DNA of 64,000 bases, from positions 6,738 through 70,737 of the forward strand of contig WELA01003444.1 of NCBI GenBank assembly GCA_009602735.1. Direction: 5' to 3'. Source of the stretch: Mesotaenium endlicherianum (lineage: Eukaryota). Under the pieces are notes generated by a model, which was given only the letters and a program-made list of their open reading frames with translations, was not told where the DNA came from and did not search any database. A program made the position numbers and the translations under genes. This document shows, piece after piece, positions 12,411-25,831 of this stretch; the first letter of the stretch is position 1; each line of letters begins with the position of its first letter.

Positions 12411-12990
12411 CCTAGTTATGGAAATCGTATTTGTCGAATACGTATTACGCGGACGTACACACATATTACGTCGACCGTTGCCGTGTTACGAGCTAAATAC
12501 GTGTGTTGACGGAAAAATCGACATAAAAATTGATCGCGCGTGTGAAAAGCAACAAAACGTCAACTCTGACAACTTGACCGAACAAATAACAGAAACGTAT
12601 CAAGTCGTCGTTCATCAAGCAAGAAGTGGCTGACGGGCACTGATGGGGGTGGTCGGGAGTGGTCGGGAGTGCTCGGGATTGGTCAGGAGCCATGCGCACA
12701 AAATCTAGTGAGCGGGGGCACGAGTGATTGTCGATCTTGTTAAGTGGCAACGCCACGTTTGGCCGAGTCTGTTTGTTGTCACCGGTCCAGTTGGCAGACC
12801 CGTACGTGCACGAAATGAATACTGAAGCGAAATTTTTCAAAGTGGTTCCAATAGAATAAAGCGGATCGGAGCGACCCGGCTCTATGTACTTCATTTATTA
12901 ATTTGCCTATTTTACATATTTTGCGAAACGGCGAAATACATTGCGTTATATGCCGCCAAATGACCAATACGTGCAAATCCCATAACTAGG
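12411..12990. mobile_element. Non-autonomous DNA transposon/MITE, 580 bp, 8-bp TSD (hAT-like)
   Basis: Perfect 11-bp TIRs CCTAGTTATGG...CCATAACTAGG, flanked by the exact direct repeat GTTTTGAG at 12403-12410 and 12991-12998. Internal GGTCGGGAGT-like 10-mers at 12651-12690. Confidence 0.9.
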
Positions 12991-15900
12991 GTTTTGAGGA
13001 ACTATCACTTTCGTGGAGTAATCAGGTCTTTTCAAGGCCGATTTCTAGTTACTAGAAAATATTCAATGTGAAGAGTAAAGTTACAAGCTTACTGCCCTTG
13101 CAAGGACTACACTAAGAAGGTCATTTCTGTGTACTACTAGTGATCTTTTGGGCCGGCTTTCAAGAGTTGTCTTATCAATTTATGGTCTTCAAGTGCTCAC
13201 TCTAATGAGTACAAAATGCCTACATCTGTACACATTTGACGTCCTGTAAGGTCAAAAAATCCTCAATGCCATTGACGCTGCCATTGACAACTGGACGGAG
13301 AGGTCCTCTATGATCGGATCGGCACACAGAAGGCAGACGCACTGCCTCCCTCCCTCTAAACATTGTGGATCCTTGGTCAGCTACAGCCGCCCTCTACGGC
13401 TTCATGGTTAGTTGGTTACAATGAGGTTGACACAGTCAAGTTGGAGGACTAGGAGGAAGATGAGGATATTTTTGAAGGGTCAGACCTTCTCTTGCCCCAA
13501 GCGGAGAGCCTCTGCTCTTTGAATCCAAACTTCATCTCACCAGTGAGCAGGAGCAAGCAATCCAACGAGAGCAACTGTGCTTGTGCTGTGCAACACGGAG
13601 CGTCGTACTCTTAGCCTCCGAGTCTTCCGTGATCGTCGCAGTTCGTGCCAACGTCAAGCACCTCTCATGCATCGAGCTGCGCCAAAGTGTGCCTGTTGTT
13701 ACCACCATGGAGATAACCAAAAGGATGATTTCTACTATCGACACGCCTTCAGCGACGGGCTCGGCATCCGACTTGTCACTTCTGGCAAAACGCGCCCATT
13801 GGCAGGCTCTGCGGCGCCACTATATTGACACGCAAGTGCACGGCACCTCAAATGCGGAACTTGTCAACAAGCACGTATAGAATAGCACCTTAAAACTTAG
13901 CATGCAACCTTTGTATGTAACAAGTGGGCTTTTAGGCGTATTTAGGAGATTTCCCTAGATAATCATAATATTGTTATGCTCTTTATTTGTGAAAAGATTG
14001 TATTTTTTTTTGCATTTTTGACACACACACGTGTCGATTAATTCCAGTCGACAGACGCCTGACCAAAAGATGGAACGCATTTTAATCATAGTGCTACTTC
14101 ATTTTTTTTTGAGAAATATAAATTGATTGACAAAATTACTTTGATGACTATGACACAATAAATTAATGAACCAATCAAATATTACATTAATATAACTGTC
14201 TGTCAATGTTGCGGCAAATGACTGCCACTCTTTGGAGATAACAACTTTCTCAATCAAAGGAAATAAGCAAAAGGCAACCAACGAGGGTCGTTGGCCGGAA
14301 TCAAATCTGCGATTTCACTGCTGGGCCTACTCAATTTTGCGACAGTAGTTAAAACGGAGATCAAGTCTTCCGAGTTGCACCCGTGGGCATTCGAACCCCC
14401 GTCTCGTTTTTCCTTTGTTCGCACTCAACGAACGTGGCCAAGGAGTTACTTTTAAACGTTTGCTCATGTACGTTGGACAAGTACAATGCCACACGACTTG
14501 GAAGTTTAATTGTAACTGCCGAGAAGACCCTTGTTTCTCATAAAAGGCCGTTTTGCATCAAACAATTTTTTGCAAATCGTTGCGAAATCCCCAAACAGAC
14601 TATCAAGTGGTTTGGAGCATTCGACCAAAACGATTACGACTATTTCACCCGTTTTTGTTGAACCAAGACCTCGTGTCCAAGAAGGTGACCTGAAGCAATT
14701 TCCTTGATGCCACACTCTTTCCAAGATTTAAAATTGAATATTGCTTCCAAGCATGCTCGAAGATATTCAAGGGTCAGCTTATCTCCAACCCAGTGTAACT
14801 CGACTACAAGTGGAAAATTTTGCCCAATAAATCTGTTGATGTCCTGAATGCTCTGATTGAGTGGATTTTCAAATTTTACAATCTGTTACACCATGTTTGA
14901 AATTGTTAGTTCATGGATTCATGGAACCAACAAGCAACGTCTCAACACCATTGTGCGTATGCAGTAGCTATACACTCCACACCAGATGTGATATACAAAT
15001 GATGCCATCGATACCCAACTCACCCGTCTTATAGGACTGACAAAAAACTCCCTCAGCACTTCACTAACCATAATTTTCAAACATTTTCCTCTTCATGCAC
15101 TTGAAACCACGGGGCATACCTAAATGCCCTGCTTCCTTAGTGAGTATCTGCAAGACATCTAAAAGTTGCCCGTCCCCCTAGGAAGTTTATTTTCATACAC
15201 ATTTGTGACATAAGAATTTGCTCCTCATTCCAATGTTCCTTAGCGGCCCTCGCCTGGTTACATCAAGCAAAATTGGTGATACACATCTCATAAGTCTGCA
15301 TACCATTCATGGACATTGAGACTCACATATATATGGCTACTTAGAGGGAGGCACATTAATAACGCTTTTGCACTCACTGAGAAACCTACGATCTTATGCA
15401 CACACAAACTTAGACATCAACTTACAACAAGGCCTATCCCTGGGCCGGAGGTCATACTTCTTTGTGAAGAATAGAACAAGCACACACCATACTCCAAAAG
15501 ATTGACACATGAAAGCAAAGATGGCATTAAGCCATTTGGAAGCTGAAAGACAAACACTAATAAAACACATCATCTGATCTGGGCAAATACGAGCCAAAGA
15601 GTGCCCCAAACAATTTCAAATGAAGAGAGAAATGCTCACTGGTGAAGGGTCTTCCTCATTCACCTCCTTTGGCCTTTGCATAGCTCTTCCCTTTCCCAAG
15701 TTGGCAAACTGCATTGTCAAAGTGTTGACTATCGTGTTGAGTGTCTCAATTGCTTCAAGCATTTTGTCCTCTCTTGTACCAGATCTTCCTAGCATATCAA
15801 CTATTCTTTGCCTACACTCCAGAAGTGTATGTCTCTGTATGGTCTATATAATATGTAGGCACTTAGCCCTCTAGATATACTGGTAGTCATTTTCACATTT

Positions 15901-18011
15901 GAAGTTTTCCACTTTCATTTGTGCCTGTCCTTTCAAATTCCTTGCACAGTCAAGATATTTTGGTCATCTGAAGACAAATTGACAGGATATGACACAGACG
16001 GTTGGAGGAGCATGATACGTCACTTGACGTGTTTTATTGGGAGCCCTACCAGGACACTCCATATCTGTTGGATCCTCCAATGTGTTTGGTCCAGCTTATA
16101 TACGTTCCTTGTGCCTCACATGGCCTTTGGCCGTTGTACTCTGCAATAAAGTGTAGTAATTGGCGTACGAATATGGCTTTGATCCAAAAGCGAATTAGGA
16201 TTACCTCATAGTTGTGTTTGAGAGCCCACAAAATGACATTATGTGCATAGTTTTGCTTCGTTAACGTGTATCACTCACACTCACTGGTGTTCACATGTTT
16301 TTTTCTCAACAATTTAGATGCGGCGCATATGATACATGCTTTCTTGTGCTTTTGAATGTTCATCAGTATACTTATAATGCTTTGTGCTCTAGAGCAGGGC
16401 ACATCGAAAGCATATGACGAGCATGATTGAAGCATATGCGAATAACTCCAAAGTCAAGGATAGCTATTATACACAACTTTTGTGGATCCCTCATATATTA
16501 CTTTGTATGCAGTGGCTGGCTAGCAGAAGATATACTGTTGGGTACACAATTGCCGTGACATCACCTGCCCATGCGAATGCAGTATAACGTGTTACAGTGC
16601 CCACCACCTTTACTGTACAAGCAATGAAGGATGAAAGCGATCATTGGCCACCATGTGCTGGTGACAACTTCTGCAAAAATAATAGTACCTCGCACCCCTC
16701 GAAAACCGGGTTGCCAGTGCCCCAAGACAACTCCTACACGCATGCATGCGAGTGTTGCAATCATTCTGCCCCCTCAAGCGCCACGTAGAAGCACTCAGTA
16801 GGGCAACCATGCACACGTGAACAAGCTGATTCTAACAGCGGACGGCTTCACAAATTCATATTTGCCCAGCCACGCCCACGATGCTGACTGGTGGCCCCTC
16901 ATAATGCCAGCAGGCTGGAGTAAGAACAATGACGACGAGAGACACCACCAGCTTTACAACACAGCCGACGCGTGCACGTCTGCATGTGCTGCAACTTGGC
17001 AGCCCCAGAAAGCACCTGGTGGCACCAATCACTAGCGGGTCAACCTTTGACATGCAGACATCCACGCAGCAAACCATCGAATGGATGTGCCACATGTAGC
17101 CCAACTAAGACCAGACTCTCATGCGTTACGCATGCTGCCTCCTGATAGCGCCTCCAAGCCAGCTGCCATGACACAGCAGCGCAACGATAGCACAAATTTC
17201 CCAGCCCAGAGAGCTTGCCAATGAGTGTGTAGCAGTGTGTGCTTGTGTGTGTCAAGCGCGAAAGTCACGTGCAGCAAGTAGTTAGTGCTTGTGTGTGTGT
17301 CTGTAGGTAAGCGAGAGTAAAAGAGAGGGGGTGAGAGAAAGACAGAGTTACATGGACAATGAAGGAGGAAGGCAGGAAGAGCGCTGAAGCCCATCGATCT
17401 CCGTCAATGCCACCTACACCATTAATTTTGCCACGAACGCCATCTGGCCTCCAGGGGTCTGCATGGGTTGGGGCAAACAAGGAGGCAAGAAAGTCAGCAG
17501 CAGCAGCAGACAGCCCTCCGTCCACAGAGGCCAGACAGCCACAAGCCACAAGCTAGAGACACACACAGCCAATGCACGCGGCCTTCAGCTCGGCGGTAGA
17601 TGGCAAAACCATTTAATGAAATGCAAAGAAACAGAGGAAAAGAGCAAAAGCGTGAGAGCGAGTGCAAGAGGGAGGCAGAGAGGGAAAGAGAGAGAGAGAG
17701 AGTAAGCAAGAGAGCAAAGAGAACAAACCTTATGGAGTTCCAGCGACTGGCCAACTGCACGCCCAGCGCGCAAACCCGGCCACCATAACTTAAGAACCTA
17801 GTGTGCAAATGTGTCTGGACAGTACCACCCTGCGTTTTCCTGCAAGAGGACTAGAAGATAAACATTGAGCAAGACAACAAGAAGGAGCAACAAGGAGCAA
17901 GAATAAGCGGTGGTTACAAACACGATGAAAGCCAGCGAAGAAGGGCCTCCACACTTAAAAAGCATGAAACGCGAAGTATATTAGGAACCACCACATACAA
18001 CTACGCATGTC

Positions 18012-18064
<53 letters not shown>

Positions 18065-19968
18065 NNNNNNNNNNNNNNNNNNNNNNNNNNNNNNNNNNNN
18101 NNNNNNNNNNNNNNNNNNNNNNNNNNNNNNNNNNNNNNNNNNNNNNNNNNNNNNNNNNNNNNNNNNNNNNNNNNNNNNNNNNNNNNNNNNNNNNNNNNNN
18201 NNNNNNNNNNNNNNNNNNNNNNNNNNNNNNNNNNNNNNNNNNNNNNNNNNNNNNNNNNNNNNNNNNNNNNNNNNNNNNNNNNNNNNNNNNNNNNNNNNNN
18301 NNNNNNNNNNNNNNNNNNNNNNNNNNNNNNNNNNNNNNNNNNNNNNNNNNNNNNNNNNNNNNNNNNNNNNNNNNNNNNNNNNNNNNNNNNNNNNNNNNNN
18401 NNNNNNNNNNNNNNNNNNNNNNNNNNNNNNNNNNNNNNNNNNNNNNNNNNNNNNNNNNNNNNNNNNNNNNNNNNNNNNNNNNNNNNNNNNNNNNNNNNNN
18501 NNNNNNNNNNNNNNNNNNNNNNNNNNNNNNNNNNNNNNNNNNNNNNNNNNNNNNNNNNNNNNNNNNNNNNNNNNNNNNNNNNNNNNNNNNNNNNNNNNNN
18601 NNNNNNNNNNNNNNNNNNNNNNNNNNNNGGGGGATTCAGAGAGAGCAAGAGAAAGAGCGAGGGAGGGTGAACCGTGAGGAAGAGAGAGATAGGGAGGGTG
18701 AGAGAGAGAGGAGGGGGGCAGAAGAGGGAGGGAGAGGGAGAGACAGGGGCAAAGGGGAAAGGAGAGAGGCCGTCACCCGAGACCAACACTTGAAACACTC
18801 ACACAGCAGGAACACTACGCTCAAACCCAGATCCAAAATGAAAACTTTAATTCATGAACAATTGAAGACACTGCAGCCTAGAGCCCCCTGAAGTTGACTT
18901 AACACACGTGGGCGCAAGCAGCAGCCGTAAGAGCGCGTGCCACTCTTGGGCTGTGTTTACACTCGAGTGGGTATGAAGAGGTGCTAGAGCGAGCAGTAGG
19001 GCTTGGGAGCACATGCACCGGCAAGGAACTGAATGCACTTGATTCTGTGGAATCTGACACAACCAGTGCGTGCGCGTTGCTTCACACGCGTGCTTGTTCG
19101 TGTACGTCTGCATGAATGTATGCGGATGCATGATGTTTAAACAAATATGTCTCACCAGTCACCTCCGGCATGTTTGTCTGCCAGCACCCCAACCAGTGTC
19201 ACTGTCTACAACAGCCACACCTGCACTATCTAAGACAGTTACACCTGCGCCACATGCGTGCATACGTTCTTTGGCAACGCCAGCCAGCGTCTGCCCAATG
19301 TTATCCTATTTGGAGTGGCAGCACCTGCATGCTTCCTTGCTTGCAATCGCGTGCCATTAATGCTGTCTTACATTGCCCTGGGCATGAGACAGGACGGCAA
19401 GGGGCCCCCGAGAGGGCGGAAGGGGGGTGGGTTGGGGGNNNNNNNNNNNNNNNNNNNNNNNNNNNNNNNNNNNNNNNNNNNNNNNNNGACGAGGAGGGAG
19501 AGAGCAAGGGGGTGGTGGAGGAGGCAAAAAAGGAGGGGGGGGTATAAGGGGGGGGTGCTGTGGGCGGGAAAAAAGAGACGGTGTGAAGCGTGTGCAATCG
19601 ACAGACGTGCTGTGCAGAATGTGCGGCGCGTATGCTCACCAGCTCAGGCGCGGGCGGCGCTCCAGTGCCGCCCGGCCGCCACCCGCAGGGTTGGCATCAC
19701 CCGAAGGGCACATGCACGACCTCAGCTTGTCGAGGCTGGGTGTGGTGAGAATGAGCGCCACCTGGCTATCAAGCACCACGTGTCTGCGCGCGGGCTTCCC
19801 CCGCCACAGTGCAGGCTGCAAGCTGTCGAGGCACGTGTGGGTGACACCTGCACACGCAGGGACGGGGGCAGCCGACAAGAACAGGGCAGCAAGCGCGGCA
19901 AGCTCAGCAACTTGCAACCTCTCCTGATTTCTTTCTAGACGCGCAAGCATACACAAAGGAGCACTTGA

Positions 19969-20012
19969 GCTGTAGGCTATAGGCTATAGGCTATAGGCTA
20001 TAGGCTACAGGC
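19969..20012. repeat. 7-bp tandem repeat (GCTATAG)x6
   Basis: Sequence reads gctgtag gctatag gctatag gctatag gctatag gctacag. Confidence 0.9.
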
Positions 20013-20369
20013 GAGCGAGTGGGGGGGCTATGTGAGGGGTACGTGGAGCGTGTGTGCCTGTGCGCACACGATAGGGTGGTGGTGGGCTTGTGGGGTTCGC
20101 TGCAGCAGGTGAGGAAGAGCAGCAGGACATGAGAACAATCACAGATGCTGGGATGCTGAAGTATACTCTTGACTGGCACCTGAGGCCCGCAAAGCACGAG
20201 AGGCAGGGGGCAAGGCCTGGGCGGCTGCAGGGCTGCTGCCATTGGTCTTGGCATATGCCATCTCCTTGGTGACTGCAAAGACGTGGAGTAGCCTAAACTA
20301 AGCAAATGAGATGTATGCACCTTCACACAAATTATGACTGATAGAGACACTGAAACACAGGCACCGGCG

Positions 20370-20803
20370 CCCATGCCCAAGTGCACACGCGCGCACTCGC
20401 CAGTCCAAATAACCTAGATAAAATCTGAACCACAAAAAAAAAAGCCAACACCACACCCAGAGCCAGCACCGACACAAGCACAGACACACGTGCACGCACA
20501 TGCGCGCACGCACTGACAGTGCCACACACGCACACGCACACACACACGCACACGCAAACACACAACAGACCTCCGCGCGGACACATGCCCATATTAACCC
20601 AAACGCACTCACACGCACACCCAGCGCATACAGACATGCGCCCGTAAGCAACCACGCCCAAAGCCGTTCTGAAGGTCTAACTTCGGGCCAGAGCAACAAC
20701 CCCTAGCCGTAAATAACGCCCACAGACAGCCCCCGCACAAGCACATGCCTACTACATGCCTGGGCACATGTGCACGACAACGTGCATGCACGCACAAGCA
20801 CAG

Positions 20804-20838
<35 letters not shown>

Positions 20839-21085
20839 CCACTCTTGCCACGCAAGCGTCCGCCCATCCCAACATATAAGGGACCGCAGGAGCACAAGGT
20901 GCACACACGCATATGCATGGACGTGCATGGGCACCGATACCGCGCGCCCACGAGCACAAGGACGTGATCTCTAAATTTCTGCCCTTATGTCGTACCCTCC
21001 GATCCCAGTCATGAAGCACACAGGAGAAGCACAGGCACAAACTTATGTATTTGAATATGCACTCCCACACCCTGCAGACACACGC

Positions 21086-21125
<40 letters not shown>

Positions 21126-22200
21126 GGGCACCCACAGCGGCACACATGGGCACCCGCACAAGCACATGCACACATGCGTGCCCAACCAAGTGACATACAC
21201 CCGTACCTGCAAGCACGCGCACGCACACACGTTTACACCTGAACACCCAGGAGCTCGACCTCATGCCCACATATAGCCAATTGCACACACATACAACACA
21301 CTGCGCACATGCCCGTGCACATGCCCATGCCAGTCCACAAACCTGAAGTGCAAACCTTAAGTTGGAAACGGGACCACAAGCCCTAAGCTACATCACTTGC
21401 ACACGCACAAGCGACCCACCTGCACGCACACACGCGAGCACACAAGGACGTGCACACACGCAAACGCTCGCACACACAGCCCAGAGGTGCACATATGCAT
21501 GCCCACACCAGCGCCAATCCTCCGGAATGGACTACAGAATCCCATCCCTACAATCACGTAGCCCCAAATCAAGCACGTGAACAAATGCACCCCACCTGCA
21601 CAAGCACACGTGCACATATGCATGCGCGCACAAGCACTAACACAGGCACACTCACACACGCACGCACACACACATACGCGCACGAAGGCAGGTACACACA
21701 CAAGTGCGTGTAGCCATACGCACGCCCGCAGGCACACACATTTTCAAGCACATTCCTACGCACATGCGTGCATGCACCCCCACGCCCGCAGACAGCCTAG
21801 CGCAAGCGCACACAGTGCACCGCACCCACACGCATCGCGCTCACGCCGTCCTAAATCCTGAACTGTGAACATCCTAGCTATGAGCTGGAACTACAGTTGC
21901 AGGCTTCAAGTCATAAGCACCCACAAGAGCGAGGCGCCACCACAGGCACATGGCCACTCATGCACGCACATGTGTGTGCGCACACGCACGGGCACGCAGG
22001 CAAGCACACACTCACCCTCACATACACGCGGGTGGGCAGGCACACACACATAGATATGCACGCAGGCACATGTGCACGCGCATGCACATCCACACACATG
22101 TACGCACACATGCCCACGCGCGTATCCGCCCACGCCCACATACTGCCTCACACAACTGCAAACAGCGCACAAAATCCTGCACCCGCGTGCACGTCAATCA
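20370..22200. repeat. About 1.8-kb degenerate (CA/CG)n alternating purine-pyrimidine tract
   Basis: Dense CACGCA/GCACAC/ACATGC with embedded pure (CA)n runs. Confidence 0.85.
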
Positions 22201-25200
22201 CGTCAAACCCAAAAGTAGTACTGTGAAGCTAAAGCCTAGATGAGAGCCACAAATCCCAGCCAGCCATCTCGCTCCCACGCACACACAAGCACACGCTGTC
22301 TCCCGTTCCTGATACTAGACATTCAATGACTACCCCCTGTTTGTCACTCTCTTGATTTCTCTACGTTCCCAAAGTACACTCCTGCCAAGAGTGACCCCTG
22401 GCCGTGCCTCATCCGGCAAAGAGCACTGGAAGAGCACTAGGCCCCAACGTCTTCTACCCCACACCTGTATGACAGTGCCTGGAATCTCTGCCCTCACCTA
22501 ATATGAGCCTATCAAGCGACGAGGAGCTTCAAGCTGCTGGTAATATGTGCAAAAGACCACCTTTCGCGCCCCACATTCTCCACATGGCCCAGGTCGAGTT
22601 CAGAGACTGACTCAGGGTGTGAAAGTGTGCGAGTGGATATGTGTGGGTGATTGAAGATTTGTGCAAGAGAGAGGAGAGGGAAACAGAGAGAATGAGTGTC
22701 TGAGAGAGAGGGAAACAGCAAGGGATGGGGAAAAGGGGGCCGGGGGNNNNNNNNNNNNNNNNNNNNNNNNNNNNNNNNNNNNNNNNNNNNNNNNNNNNNN
22801 NNNNNNNNNNNNNNNNNNNNNNNNNNNNNNNNNNNNNNNNNNNNNNNNNNNNNNNNNNNNNNNNNNNNNNNNNNNNNNNNNNNNNNNNNNNNNNNNNNNN
22901 NNNNNNNNNNNNNNNNNNNNNNNNNNNNNNNNNNNNNNNNNNNNNNNNNNNNNNNNNNNNNNNNNNNNNNNNNNNNNNNNNNNNNNNNNNNNNNNNNNNN
23001 NNNNNNNNNNNNNNNNNNNNNNNNNNNNNNNNNNNNNNNNNNNNNNNNNNNNNNNNNNNNNNNNNNNNNNNNNNNNNNNNNNNNNNNNNNNNNNNNNNNN
23101 NNNNNNNNNNNNNNNNNNNNNNNNNNNNNNNNNNNNNNNNNNNNNNNNNNNNNNNNNNNNNNNNNNNNNNNNNNNNNNNNNNNNNNNNNNNNNNNNNNNN
23201 NNNNNNNNNNNNNNNNNNNNNNNNNNNNNNNNNNNNNNNNNNNNNNNNNNNNNNNNNNNNNNNNNNNNNNNNNNNNNNNNNNNNNNNNNNNNNNNNCCTC
23301 CCTCCCTCCCTCATTTGGTGCTCTCATCTGGCTATACCAGGTGTTTCTCCCCCTCCCCCCCCCCAAATCCCCCTTTGGGGCAGCCAGTGCTCACGTATAG
23401 CCACGTCTTCCAGATAGTGCTCCCAAAGAAAGAGTGCATTCCTCCTGCGCCCCAAGCACATCCTGGAGGAAGCAACTTCAACCCCACCCTCACCCCCGAA
23501 GCCAATACAGGGAGAGAATAGCAGTCAGAGGTTAAGTGCAGGCGAGGATGGATTTAGAAGCCTTAGGCGAGAGGCATAAGGCAGCCTGCTAGGGGCACAT
23601 ACCCAGACAGGCAAAAGAGGTGGGGTCCCAGTCTCCAAGAGCTCACAGATCGACCCCAGGCGGCCCCAACTCCCTCTTCTCAGGGCCGTTGTGGGTGGCC
23701 ATGTCCTTCAGGAAACTGCGGAATCCTTATACCTCTCCTCTTAGCCCCACCTGGCAGCTCCTCTCTTCGTTCGTTCACTTCATACAACACCAATGAACCA
23801 GGACCAATTCCCCTCATCTCTGCCTGAAGTACGAGATCACGAGGACACAGGATGCTCAGAGTGACAACAGTTTGAAACGGACACCAGCAACTTTCCTAAA
23901 AGGAGTAAGCTGTCACCTTCTTCCTTATGCCATTTCCACGTTCAAGGTGAATATTGAGCAAAGCCCCAGCGAATGAAAAATCAACGATGTAGCTGTTAAC
24001 ACAAAGTCGGAGCCGAAGTTGCTACTGATGCTCAAAAGTTGCGTCTTAGACTCTAGCACACTCTAGTAATTAATCCAATTTACACTTATGAGGGTAGGCT
24101 ATTGGTTAAGGTTGTCTCACATAGCTGATAGTGCGAAGACCACTGTATAAGCAAGGGTTTCTGAAGGCGTCTTCGATTTTAACACTTTCCCCTTCAGAGA
24201 AATAGAGATAAATGAGTCAAGTTTGCAGATGTTGACCTCCGGTTCTGGTCAATGGCTGCTCTGGACAGCACTGGGCTGCTCGCTGCGACCGTGCACGACA
24301 GCCATCATGGCACATTATGGCCCGAATGTGACTGATTGTGTGGTGCATTGTGGCGACATTATTACCAACTGTCACCAAACTGTTGATTGTAGCCGATTGA
24401 GGCACATCAACCTCCCTTCAATTCTGTCGCCTGCTCCTTGTGTCAACGCGTCAATGTCATGGGAAATCATTTACGAAGGAGTACGAATCTCTTTGCATTG
24501 AAGGGTACTGCTATCTCGCGCTCAATTTGTGATAGCCGGTAGAATATCTCCGATGAGAGCGTGTAAGAAGAATATTATTCGACCTTTCCAACACGCCTTC
24601 TTTGGGTGAGCCGCCTCTTTGCTATATACAGAGAGTGAGCAACATTCAATAAGCCTGCAATAGTAGTGATAGTGAGTGTTCGCTTTCATTAGGGAAAAAC
24701 ACGCAAACTTCACGTATATAGACCCGCCCTTGAAAATGATCACCGGTCTCTACAATTCCGTTACACTTACTGTCAATCATGCAAATGACGAGGTCAATCT
24801 CTTACGCACTTGTATTTTTCTGATCGCTGTTCATCACTTAATGATACATACCCAAGAACTAAATGACTTACGTCCTCAAATCAATTGACTGCCAACGTTG
24901 CTGCCTGGGATCCTGAATAACTTGCAGGTCAGCCTGCATGGTGGCTTCATTGCAAATTAACTGCAGGTCTTTCTCCATAGTCTATCTTCCTCCCTTGAAA
25001 AGATGTCTGAGTCTTGAGAGGCTCACTTGCAGTGGGGCAATAAGAAGAGTAGGGGGGTTCATATATACGTGCGTACGTATAACGTTTCAGCCGAAGCACG
25101 AGTGTAATACTGTGAGCACATAGTCTGCAAGCACACCCTCATAAATACTATGTCTGTACATGTTCTAATGTATCCATGTATCAGATCAGGCATTATATCT

Positions 25201-25831
25201 GGTGTAAGCTCTGGCTCTTCCTGGATACCATTCTGGCTGGCGGGCAATGAATGATGTGCGGGCGGCAGGTGGCCAATGGCGGTTAGGGGCTGCGCAGGTG
25301 GCAGCGGTGATGGTGTTCATGTTCCGCCAGAGGGCATGGGGGGTCCTGCAGTCTGGCTTATTTGCCCTAGAAAATTTGTGCAAGGGTTGTGAGCCTTTCT
25401 GCCCCCTCTCCCCCCACCTTTCCATAAGCTCAATGAGCTGATGACATCCTGGAGCCTGGAGCCTGTACTCCACTCCGCCACCTGTCCAATCCCCATAGGC
25501 CCGACTCATGGCAAGCAGCGTACGTGTGGGCGTGATTGTTTTTGAGGTCCTTATTATGCCGTGGCACGCACACTGTTGCTCACAATGCAGCAAAGACACC
25601 TGGCGCCATGGTCAAACGACCAGCTGGACGACATCTCATCAGAGAGATGTGGCAGCTCGGCAGAGGCGACTTCTTGTGGCGGAGCGTGTTGGAGGCGGAA
25701 TGCTTGTTTCCTCTCCCCTGTCCCCTTTGATTAGAGAAAAGCCTGCAGTCAGCACACATGCTTTTGCTTTTTAACCTTTGAAGCGCGGGCCGCATTGGCT
25801 GCCGCGCTACATAGAAATTAACTCGTCCGCA

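Noticed and set aside
13260..13880. C-terminus of a transposase
   Set aside because: Protein-like acidic fragments only, with no diagnostic motif.
19969..20012. Interstitial telomeric repeat
   Set aside because: The unit TATAGGC differs from TTTAGGG at two positions and there are only six copies.
18001..23521. Long ORFs with X runs or HT/CV repeats
   Set aside because: Produced by N gaps and dinucleotide repeats.
25186..25730. Decayed pre-SET/SET exons of the SRA gene (CEQQCAC, HNPC, ELTPD fragments)
   Set aside because: The fragments lie in different frames and there is no intact NHSC or ELxYDY motif. Too weak to call without a frameshift-aware HMM search.
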